Shown piece after piece: positions 1 through 7,033 of a DNA stretch of 32,000 nt (position 1 is the stretch's first letter; each line of letters starts with the position of its first letter). Origin of the DNA: an uncultured Bacteroidales bacterium (GTDB lineage Bacteria > Bacteroidota > Bacteroidia > Bacteroidales > P3). Position numbers and translations under genes: made by a program. The notes beneath the pieces are model-generated. The model had not been told where the DNA came from and did not search any database. It worked only from the letters and a program-made list of their open reading frames with translations. The DNA lies in contig CAJUFX010000003.1 of NCBI GenBank assembly GCA_910586395.1, positions 164,893-196,892 of the forward strand, given 5' to 3'.

Positions 1-82
1 TTAAAAATTCGTAAAAAATCCGGGGCGGGGGAAACCGGACGTGCGTGTCCGAACCGACCCTGTCCGTATTTATACGAAAAAA

Positions 83-179
83 GGGTAAGCTACTTACATC
101 GCACCGCTACAACCATCGTACCCTTGCTGTCTTCCAACCCTGGGGGATTAAATAGGAGCTGGTCGTGTAAGACTTACCC
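83..179 (-). ncRNA. ffs: Small (4.5S-type) signal recognition particle RNA
   Basis: The minus-strand read GGGTAAG...CCCCAGGGTTGGAAGACAGCAAGGG...CTTACCC has a terminal helix (GGGTAAG/CTTACCC plus CTTACA/TGTAAG). Its apex matches the conserved SRP domain IV pattern: CAGG, a short stem, a GGAA tetraloop, a short stem, then AGCA. A T6 run follows the 3' helix, and a TAnnTTTG box lies 5-7 nt upstream of the 5' end. About 97 nt, no ORF. Confidence 0.7.
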
Positions 180-183
180 GATG

Positions 184-191
184 CAAAAGTA
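184..191 (-). promoter_or_regulatory. Bacteroidota -7 promoter box (TACTTTTG) for the SRP RNA
   Basis: Exact match to TAnnTTTG on the minus strand, ending about 5 nt before the predicted SRP RNA 5' end. Confidence 0.45.
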
Positions 192-251
192 GCATAAATT
201 TTAAATAAGTCAAAAAAAAGGCCGAAATTTCATTTTGCGGGAATATAATGG

Positions 252-259
252 TATATTTG
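252..259 (+). promoter_or_regulatory. Bacteroidota -7 promoter box (TATATTTG) for the 331-4610 operon
   Basis: Exact TAnnTTTG match about 70 nt upstream of the ATG at 331. No other match lies inside the operon's intergenic junctions. Confidence 0.45.
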
Positions 260-330
260 TCGGTTATTGCGTTGCGGAACCGGAAGAACATCCGCACCGC
301 CCTGAAAACCCGTAAGGAGGAATAGGATAT

Positions 331-867
331 ATGGCATTCTCATTCAAGCGTCCGCAAAGCAAACCGGACCGTCTGGCACTCGGCTACGCCGCCGTCTGGG
401 GCGGTCTGACGGCCGTGGCTCTGGTGTTGCTGACCGCCGTCTGCCAATCGGCCGGCTACAAACCGGGCGCGCCGCTGACATGGATTTCCTATACCGTCCT
501 GTTGGTGAGCCTGATCGGCGCGCCTTTGCATTACCGCCGGCAACTGGCGCCGGAAGCCCCGTTCAGCACGCGGCAGGCCTACCTCATGTGCGTCTTCCAG
601 GCCTTGCTGGGCGCGAGCCTGTTCGTGTTGCTGCTTTACGTTTACCTGCGTTGGATCGACTTCGACTTCCTGACGGCTTTCAAGGAACGCCAGCAGCTGT
701 ATTGGCAGCGGCATCCCGATTTGACGGAGCCCGAGCGCGTGCAGCGCCTGCAATACGTTGCGGACATGCGGCCCGGCCATATCCTTTGGAACGTCTGGGG
801 CGAACTGGTCATGATAGGGGTGCTGTTTCCGCTCCTGATCGCGTTGATGGTTAGAAAAAACAGATAA
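331..867 (+). CDS. Small polytopic membrane protein, DUF4199-like (family assignment tentative)
   Basis: 178-aa ORF with about 4 hydrophobic helices. It sits directly upstream of a GT2 gene, as DUF4199 genes typically do in Bacteroidales. AAGGAGG lies 10 nt upstream of the ATG. Confidence 0.7.
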   Translation: MAFSFKRPQSKPDRLALGYAAVWGGLTAVALVLLTAVCQSAGYKPGAPLTWISYTVLLVSLIGAPLHYRRQLAPEAPFSTRQAYLMCVFQALLGASLFVLLLYVYLRWIDFDFLTAFKERQQLYWQRHPDLTEPERVQRLQYVADMRPGHILWNVWGELVMIGVLFPLLIALMVRKNR

Positions 868-873
868 GTAAAC

Positions 874-1830
874 ATGGATATATCGGTTATCGTACCGCTG
901 TACAACGAAGAGGAATCGCTGCCGGAACTGACGGCTTGGATAGAGCGCGTCATGCGGGAAAACGGATTCAGTTACGAGGTTTGGCTCGTGGACGACGGCA
1001 GCCGCGACCACTCGTGGAAAGTCGTGGAGCGACTCGCCGCCGCCAACCCTTCGGTAAAGGGCATCCGTTTCCGATGCAATTACGGCAAATCGGCCGCACT
1101 CAATACGGGTTTCGAACATGCGAACGGCGAGGTCGTCATCACGATGGACGCCGACATGCAGGACAGCCCGGACGAAATTCCCGCGCTGTACCGCATGATA
1201 CATGACGAGGGGTTCGACTTGGTGTCGGGCTGGAAGAAAGTCCGGCACGATCCCAAATCCAAGACCATTCCGACCAAACTGTTCAACTGGGCCACGCGCC
1301 GCATGTCGGGCGTCCGCCTGCACGATTTCAACTGCGGACTCAAAGCCTACCGCTCGGACGTCGTAAAAACCATAGAGGTCTATGGCGAGATGCACCGTTA
1401 CATTCCGGTCATCGCGAGCCGGGCGGGTTTCCGCCGCATAGGGGAGAAAGTGGTCGAACACCGCGCCCGTCAATACGGCAGCACGAAGTTCGGCGGTTGG
1501 AACCGTTTTATCAACGGACCGTTGGATTTGCTCTCCATCAGTTTCATGAGCCGGTTTTCCAAAAAACCGATGCACTTCTTCGGCAGTCTGGGGCTGTTGA
1601 TTTTCTTTATCGGGTTTATCGCGGCCTGCATTATCGGCGGACAGAAACTCTGGTGCCTGAACCACGGCATACCGGCCCTATTGGTAACCGATTCGCCTTA
1701 TTTTTACATTGCCTTGGTCTGTATGATGATAGGCGCCCAGTTTTTCCTGACCGGTTATCTGGGCGAACTCGTCGGCCGCAATTCGCCGACACGCAACCAA
1801 TATAACATCCGGGAGACTATCGGACAATGA
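874..1830 (+). CDS. Family 2 glycosyltransferase, polyprenol-phosphate glycosyltransferase type (GtrB/ArnC/DPM1-like)
   Basis: N-terminus ISVIVPLYNEEESL, then DDGSRD and DADMQDSPDEIP (DXD region). There are two C-terminal TM helices, as in GtrB/ArnC-type enzymes. Confidence 0.9.
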   Translation: MDISVIVPLYNEEESLPELTAWIERVMRENGFSYEVWLVDDGSRDHSWKVVERLAAANPSVKGIRFRCNYGKSAALNTGFEHANGEVVITMDADMQDSPDEIPALYRMIHDEGFDLVSGWKKVRHDPKSKTIPTKLFNWATRRMSGVRLHDFNCGLKAYRSDVVKTIEVYGEMHRYIPVIASRAGFRRIGEKVVEHRARQYGSTKFGGWNRFINGPLDLLSISFMSRFSKKPMHFFGSLGLLIFFIGFIAACIIGGQKLWCLNHGIPALLVTDSPYFYIALVCMMIGAQFFLTGYLGELVGRNSPTRNQYNIRETIGQ

Positions 1831-2390
1831 AATACCGTGCCGTTTGGCGGCTGACGGCCGGGTCGGCCTTGTTTTTGGATAGGGACGGCGTGCTGAACCG
1901 TTGTGTGGAGGCGGGATATGTCGGTACGCGGGATGATTTTGAATTTTTGCCGGGCGTGTTGGAGGCGCTGAAAACGGCCGCCGGCCTTTTCCGGCACATT
2001 TTCGTCGTGACCAACCAGCCGGCCGTGGGCAAAGGCTTGATGACGGCCGAAGCCTTGGAGGCCCTGCACGTGTGGATGTGCGATGAAATACAGCGGGCCG
2101 GCGGCCGCATCGACCGCGTTTACAGTTGCCCCGAACCGAAAGAAGCCCATAGTTTCGACCGTAAGCCGGCCGTGGGCATGGGGTTGCGGGCGCAGAAAGC
2201 GTTTCCTTCCGTGGTTTTCGCCGAATCGTTCATGGTGGGCGATACACGGACGGATATGGCGTTCGGACACAGGCTCGGCATGCATACGGTGCTGATCGGC
2301 CATCAAGCCGCCGCTTTGGCACCGCCCTGCTTAGTGGAACGCCGCTACGACCGGCTGGCCGATTTTATAAATGTGATGGCGACTATATGA
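1827..2390 (+). CDS. HAD-IIIA family phosphatase, D,D-heptose 1,7-bisphosphate phosphatase (GmhB)-like
   Basis: HAD motif I is FLDRDGVLN, followed by VTNQ, RKPAVGM and the motif IV-like MVGDTRTDM. The start overlaps the upstream stop (ATGA). Confidence 0.85.
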   Translation: MKYRAVWRLTAGSALFLDRDGVLNRCVEAGYVGTRDDFEFLPGVLEALKTAAGLFRHIFVVTNQPAVGKGLMTAEALEALHVWMCDEIQRAGGRIDRVYSCPEPKEAHSFDRKPAVGMGLRAQKAFPSVVFAESFMVGDTRTDMAFGHRLGMHTVLIGHQAAALAPPCLVERRYDRLADFINVMATI

Positions 2391-3547
2391 AAAGACAAGG
2401 AATATTATACGGAAGCCTGTTGGCTTGGCTGTTGGGGTTGGGCGGCGTGTCCTTTGGTTATACGGCCGTTGCGGATGCCGGCAGTACCTTTGCCGCCGAA
2501 ACGACCCCGGAGGTGGCCACCGTCGGCCGGGCGGAGGCCGACACCAACCGCTTGGACGCCAAAGGGCGCAAACAGGGGCTATGGGTTCGACAGGACTCCA
2601 CACGCCGGCTGTTCTACCGGGGTATTTTCAAAGACGACCTGCCGCAGGGTACGTTCGTCTATACCGACCACGAGGGGATTATGGTGGCCGAAGCTTTCTA
2701 TTTCCGCGGCGGTTACGCGTCCTACAACCGGTTCTACTATCCCGACGGCAAACTGCTTTCCGAAGGCTACTATCTCGACCGTCAAAAGGACAGTGTCTGG
2801 ATCTATTACCGCGAAGACGGCCGCCGCATCCGCAGCCTGACCTATAAAAACGGCTTGCAGGATGGTTTGGCCAGTCTTTACGACGACGAGGGGCATGTCA
2901 TGGAAGAAATGCGTTGGTTCCGCGGCCTGCGGCAGGGCGCGTGGTGGAAACGCGAGACACAAGGTTATCAGTCCGGTTTCTATCATCTGAACAAATCGCA
3001 AGGCGCCTATCAGGCATTTTATCCGGACAGCGGCCGCTATATCGTGGGCCATTACGACGACGGCGCCAAAGACGGCTTGTGGTCGTTCTATCTGCCGGCA
3101 CCTTCCGGCCGTCTGTACAAAGAAGAGGTCTATCGTCAGAACAAGCTGATGGAAAAGCGTCTTTTCCTGCAAATTTCCGGCGAGTTGCGCGCCATAACCA
3201 TTGATACGGTCGTAGCCGTGCTCAAAAGCCCGGACGGCATGGGCGATGTGTTCACGCAAAGCGGCGGCATGCTGCACAGCGACGAATCGTTTGAAAACGT
3301 TTGCCAAATCATAGGTTTGGATCAATTTTTCTACGCGCACGAAAGCGCGTTGGTTTCTTACGGCTTTGCGGAAGATCTGCGCGAGGAGGACGGCATGGCG
3401 GTGCTGGTGCTGTCGGTGCCTTTGCCGTTTACGCTCTATGCCGACGAAAACGCCGTCCAGAACTGGAAGAGCGTCCACAGCCGCGCCGCCGTACCGGCGG
3501 AAACGGAGAACGTGGAAGACGGCAGGGAGGAGGGGACCGATGAATAG
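2387..3547 (+). CDS. Secreted MORN-variant (YwqK-like) repeat protein with an uncharacterised C-terminal domain
   Basis: N-terminal signal-like hydrophobic segment. Residues about 60-240 carry repeated G-x-W/F-x-x-Y-Y-x-x-G-x-L motifs (YYPDGKLLSEGYY, YYREDGRRIRSLTYKNGLQDG, LYDDEGHVMEEMRWFRGLRQG). The last 150 aa or so match nothing I recognise. ATGA overlap with the upstream gene. Confidence 0.8.
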   Translation: MKRQGILYGSLLAWLLGLGGVSFGYTAVADAGSTFAAETTPEVATVGRAEADTNRLDAKGRKQGLWVRQDSTRRLFYRGIFKDDLPQGTFVYTDHEGIMVAEAFYFRGGYASYNRFYYPDGKLLSEGYYLDRQKDSVWIYYREDGRRIRSLTYKNGLQDGLASLYDDEGHVMEEMRWFRGLRQGAWWKRETQGYQSGFYHLNKSQGAYQAFYPDSGRYIVGHYDDGAKDGLWSFYLPAPSGRLYKEEVYRQNKLMEKRLFLQISGELRAITIDTVVAVLKSPDGMGDVFTQSGGMLHSDESFENVCQIIGLDQFFYAHESALVSYGFAEDLREEDGMAVLVLSVPLPFTLYADENAVQNWKSVHSRAAVPAETENVEDGREEGTDE

Positions 3548-4610
3548 ACGCAGGCTGTTGTTGTGGGCCGGTTTTCTCGCGGCCTGTATCGGTTGCGGAC
3601 GGGCGCAGAGCGGCGGCTATTCGTTCGAATTCCTCAACATGACCAATCCGGCGCGTCAGGCGGCCTTGGGAGCCGAATTCCTCTCGGTGCGCGACGCCGA
3701 CATACAGTTGGCCCTGGCCAATCCATCCCTCATCACGTCCGAAATACACAACAACCTCGCTGTCAATTACGTCAATTATTTCAGCGGCATTAACTACGGC
3801 TTCCTTTCCTACGCCCGCAACTTCGATAAAGTCGGCAATTTCGCGTTTCACGTACAGTTCGCCAACTATGGCAAAATAGACCGCACCAATGAGTTCGGCG
3901 CGGTAACGGGCGAGGCGACGGCCAACGACGCCGCCATCATCCTCGGTTGGGGACGCTCGTTGGACACGCATTTCACCATAGGCGCCAGTTTCAAGATCAT
4001 CGGCTCGTTTATCGACCGCTATTCGGCCGTTGGCATGGCGGTCGATGTGGCCGCCACCTACGCCAACAAGTCGCGCATGTTCGCCGTTTCGTTGCTGTTG
4101 CGCAACATGGGCGGCGCGCTCAAGACGTATGCCGGCGACGGCGGCAACCGCATGCCGTTCGAAGTGGCCGTCGCCCTGTCGCAGAAGATACCGCACGCGC
4201 CGTTCCGACTGTTGTTGGAATTTCCCAATCTACAGAAATGGAATCTGAACTACGACGACCCGTTCGGCGCGGTGGATTTGGTTACCGGCGAACGCAAGAA
4301 ACGCAGCAAAGCCGGCGACTTTTTTGATGATTTGGGCCGTCATATCGTGGTGGGGCTGGAATTGATCCCCTACAAAGGGTTTTACCTGCGCGCCGCCTAC
4401 AATTACGACCGCGGACAGAACATGAGTACGACGGGTAAGCCCGGCATGGTCGGTTTTTCGTGGGGCTTCGGCTTCCGCGTCTATAAATTCAACTTCAGTT
4501 ACGCGCGTTCGGCCTACCACTTGGTCGGTTCACCCAATTACCTCAGTCTTTCCATCGACATCGACGCCATACAGAAAAAAGGCTTCAAAAACATGAAGTG
4601 GAACGAATAA
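3540..4610 (+). CDS. porQ: Type IX secretion system outer-membrane protein PorQ
   Basis: After a signal peptide (MNRRRLLLWAGFLAACIG) comes GGYSFEFLNMTNPARQAALGAEFLSVRDADIQLALANPSLI, which matches the PorQ-family N-terminal signature. The rest is beta-barrel-like with alternating aromatic residues and ends in an FNFSYA-type strand. I moved the start from the ORF-track 3366 to the in-frame ATG at 3540, which overlaps the upstream stop by 8 nt. Confidence 0.8.
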   Translation: MNRRRLLLWAGFLAACIGCGRAQSGGYSFEFLNMTNPARQAALGAEFLSVRDADIQLALANPSLITSEIHNNLAVNYVNYFSGINYGFLSYARNFDKVGNFAFHVQFANYGKIDRTNEFGAVTGEATANDAAIILGWGRSLDTHFTIGASFKIIGSFIDRYSAVGMAVDVAATYANKSRMFAVSLLLRNMGGALKTYAGDGGNRMPFEVAVALSQKIPHAPFRLLLEFPNLQKWNLNYDDPFGAVDLVTGERKKRSKAGDFFDDLGRHIVVGLELIPYKGFYLRAAYNYDRGQNMSTTGKPGMVGFSWGFGFRVYKFNFSYARSAYHLVGSPNYLSLSIDIDAIQKKGFKNMKWNE

Positions 4611-4617
4611 ACCCGAT

Positions 4618-4645
4618 ACGGAAGCGATAAATCGTCTCCGTTTAT
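4618..4645 (+). terminator. Possible weak intrinsic terminator after porQ
   Basis: Imperfect hairpin CGGAAGCGA-TAAA-TCGTCTCCG followed by TTTATT. Confidence 0.3.
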
Positions 4646-4708
4646 TCAAAAAACAGATATTTGACACATACGATTTCAGTCTTTTTTCCCTTTGTGTGTA
4701 TAATTGGT

Positions 4709-4716
4709 TAACTTTG
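4709..4716 (+). promoter_or_regulatory. Bacteroidota -7 promoter box (TAACTTTG)
   Basis: Exact TAnnTTTG match 16 nt upstream of the ATG at 4732. It lies inside the ORF-track extension (4696), which argues for the 4732 start. Confidence 0.5.
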
Positions 4717-4731
4717 CATGAAACCATAATA

Positions 4732-5841
4732 ATGAATATTATGAATATCAAAAAGATTTTGATGCTTTTAGGTCTGGCGGGCCTATTGAATGCCGGACTG
4801 ACCCGCGCCCAAGCCCCGGAAACCGTCCGGCCGCAGGATTCCTTGATTGCTGTCGATACGGTATTGAAAGACGGTATCCGTTTCATCCAATCCCGCGATT
4901 TCGAAATTTACCGAGGCTGGACGACCGGCGCCGCCTTCAATCTGAGTTATGCCGACCGCCCCGGCGACACGACGCCTTACCGGCTCAACATCACCTTCAT
5001 CGAGGGCCAACTCACGATGACGGCCGGAGAGACCAAACTGCTGTTGAAACTGAAGAAAGCCAAAACCGTGTTGGAACTCATCAACACGAAAAACATCGGC
5101 CCTTCGGATTACTGGAGCGAATTGACCAAAGACGGCACCTACTATTATACAACGCCCTCGTTCGCCATTTCCGAAGCGCAGATTCAGCAGATTGCCGCGG
5201 ATAAGGTCGCCAAGATGCGCCTGATCTATGACAAAGGCAAATTCGACCGGGAAATTCAGAACAATGCCGCCGTTTTGGGCTTTCGCGCCGCCTACGCCGC
5301 CATCCGACAGCGTCTGGAAGCGGCAACGGCAGCCGGAATGGCCGAAGAACCCGTGACGGCTGTCGAGGCCAAACCGGAGGAAGAAGCATCCTATGGCTAT
5401 ATCGTGGACGAAGAGGGCGAGGGGAATTCCGTAGAGGAGGAAGAGGCGGTAGAAGAAGTCGAGGAGACAACTGAGGATGAGAAAGCCGAGGCCGTTGAGG
5501 AAGCGGTAGCGGAGGAAACCGAAGAAACTGAAGAAAAATCAGTTGAAGAAGTTGTTGAGGAGGCCGAAGAGGCGACAGAGGAACAGGCTGAAGCAGTTGA
5601 GGAAGAAGCGGTAGAGGAAGCCGTCACAACACCAGAGGGAACCACGCCGGCAACACCGGTGGAAGTACCTGAATCCGTAGCCGAAGAAGCAGCGGAAGCG
5701 GTGGAGGAAACCGCGACGATGGAAGAAAACGCCGCTACCGAAGAAACAACAGCGGCTGAGGAAACCGTCGAACCTGAAACTGAAACCGAAACCGAAGCGG
5801 ATCCTGCAACAGATTCGGAAGAAACGGTCATCGAGAACTGA
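4732..5841 (+). CDS. Secreted protein of unknown function with a long poly-acidic (Glu-rich) C-terminal tail
   Basis: Signal peptide MNIMNIKKILMLLGLAGLLNAGLTRAQA, then a globular region of about 175 aa. The final ~167 aa contain about 64 Glu, 3 Lys and 0 Arg by my count. Confidence 0.8.
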   Translation: MNIMNIKKILMLLGLAGLLNAGLTRAQAPETVRPQDSLIAVDTVLKDGIRFIQSRDFEIYRGWTTGAAFNLSYADRPGDTTPYRLNITFIEGQLTMTAGETKLLLKLKKAKTVLELINTKNIGPSDYWSELTKDGTYYYTTPSFAISEAQIQQIAADKVAKMRLIYDKGKFDREIQNNAAVLGFRAAYAAIRQRLEAATAAGMAEEPVTAVEAKPEEEASYGYIVDEEGEGNSVEEEEAVEEVEETTEDEKAEAVEEAVAEETEETEEKSVEEVVEEAEEATEEQAEAVEEEAVEEAVTTPEGTTPATPVEVPESVAEEAAEAVEETATMEENAATEETTAAEETVEPETETETEADPATDSEETVIEN

Positions 5842-5863
5842 GAACGGCCGGTTTCAAATAGTC

Positions 5864-5898
5864 AAAGCCCTGGGGTTCATTCATCGCTCCGGGGCTTT
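5864..5898. terminator. Possible bidirectional hairpin between convergent genes
   Basis: AAAGCCC...GGGCTTT is a 7-bp stem with a large loop between the convergent stops at 5841 and 5897. Weak. Confidence 0.3.
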
Positions 5899-6799
5899 AT
5901 GCTTTATCCGCCTGCCGTTTTTTATATAACTGTACCGAGTTCACAAGGTTCTGCCAAATGATGTAGGAGCCTAAGCCAACGAGCGACAGATGGGAGAGGT
6001 AGGCCGAGGCCATCCACAGGGCCAACACGACGTTTTTCTGGCCTAAACTCTGTCCGCCGCTGATGCCGTCTCCGACCGGTGCGCCGAGACGTTTGCCGAG
6101 CCAAAACTGACCGAGACACAACAGGCAGGCACCGGCCATCATCAAGATTCCCAACGCTAAATCAGATTTGTTTTCGACAATGACGGCCGTTGTCTTGGCT
6201 GTTGCGAACACAACGCAACAGGCCCACAGGTAAAACGATATGTCGTGGTGCGCCGCCATACCGGCATGCAGTTTCGGCCAAACGATTTTCAAAATGAAAG
6301 CCAATACGAACGGCCCGATTAAAATAGGCATGATGTGGCGCAGAATGCCGAAACAAGCTACCCAAAAGCCTTCGTAAGCGGGTTGCGGGTGAATGATCGG
6401 AAACAAGAGCGGCGCGACAAACGCGACCATCGTACTGGACAGCAACACATAAGAGGCGTTCGTCGCGCCGTTGCCGCCCAATTTCATCGTCACGACGGCC
6501 GAAGCGGCCGCGGTGGGCGCCAACACGCACATGAGGAAACATTCGGCCGCGACATGGCTGAAAGGTTCGCAAGCTATATACAGCGTCAGACTACCGAAAA
6601 TCTGTATCAACAGAAACCACAGGTGTATCCGGCTGAACCGGATTTCCCGCGGCGAGATGCGGCAAAACGTAAACAAAAGCATGAAAAACAGAAGATAGGG
6701 CATGATGAAGTCCGCTTTAGGGAACCATCGGTAGCCCCCTATGCCGATCAGGATGGCAAAGACCAGCGCCCAGTTCTTGATAAAATTGACGATTTGCAT
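5897..6799 (-). CDS. Polytopic membrane transporter, possibly bile acid:Na+ symporter (BASS/SBF-like) family
   Basis: 300 aa with about 8-9 hydrophobic helices. The size and topology fit BASS-type carriers, but the family assignment is by general resemblance only. Confidence 0.7.
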   Translation of the reverse strand: MQIVNFIKNWALVFAILIGIGGYRWFPKADFIMPYLLFFMLLFTFCRISPREIRFSRIHLWFLLIQIFGSLTLYIACEPFSHVAAECFLMCVLAPTAAASAVVTMKLGGNGATNASYVLLSSTMVAFVAPLLFPIIHPQPAYEGFWVACFGILRHIMPILIGPFVLAFILKIVWPKLHAGMAAHHDISFYLWACCVVFATAKTTAVIVENKSDLALGILMMAGACLLCLGQFWLGKRLGAPVGDGISGGQSLGQKNVVLALWMASAYLSHLSLVGLGSYIIWQNLVNSVQLYKKRQADKA

Positions 6800-6918
6800 A
6801 GTTAGATGACAATACCCAAGAGGTTGTTTTACATTGTGGTTCGTGAGGCATCCTCAAAAGTCGCGTTGGAAGAGTTCAGAGGCTAACCTCGCAGATTGGC
6901 CTTTATGTCGCTCCTTTG

Positions 6919-6990
6919 TACCCCCGACGGGAATCGAACCCATATTTAAAGTTTAGGAAACTTTCGTTCTATCCGTTGAACTACGGGGGC
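6919..6990 (-). tRNA. tRNA-Arg (anticodon CCT)
   Basis: The minus strand folds as a cloverleaf: GCCCCCG TA GTTC AACGGATA GAAC G AAAGT TTCCTAA ACTTT AAAT ATGGG TTCGATT CCCGT CGGGGGT A. It has a TTCGATT T-loop and anticodon CCT. CCA is not encoded. Confidence 0.9.
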
Positions 6991-7033
6991 AAAATCTTTT
7001 CTTTGCCGCCCTTGCGGACGGCCATCGTCATCT

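Noticed and set aside
13-51. Hairpins TCCGG...CCGGA and CGGAC...GTCCG with a T-run on the minus strand, downstream of the SRP RNA
   Set aside because: This may be a second terminator or the end of an off-window element. The stems are only 5 bp and the context is cut by the window edge, so I could not support a call.
340-1665. 441-aa minus-strand ORF spanning two plus-strand genes
   Set aside because: It is antisense to a clear GT2 glycosyltransferase and the upstream membrane protein. Its translation is Arg/Ala/Gly/Gln/His-rich with no motifs. Long antisense ORFs are expected at this GC content.
2579-3478. 299-aa minus-strand ORF; also 3429-4196 (255 aa, minus)
   Set aside because: Both are antisense to the MORN-repeat gene and porQ, which have recognisable signatures. 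Their composition is junk-like.
3366-3539. N-terminal extension of the porQ ORF in the six-frame track
   Set aside because: The extension is a Cys/Arg-rich sequence that overlaps the upstream gene. The ATG at 3540 gives a proper signal peptide followed by the PorQ signature.
5397-5831. 144-aa Ser/Thr/Ala-rich minus-strand ORF
   Set aside because: It is a mirror image of the GAA/GAG-rich acidic tail on the plus strand. It has no start context and is purely a low-complexity artefact.
6800-7033. tRNA-Arg as a possible integration site for a mobile element (also tRNA at 13548-13624)
   Set aside because: There is no partial duplicate of either tRNA 3' end elsewhere in the window. No integrase, transposase or phage genes are present, and the flanking genes are ordinary chromosomal genes.
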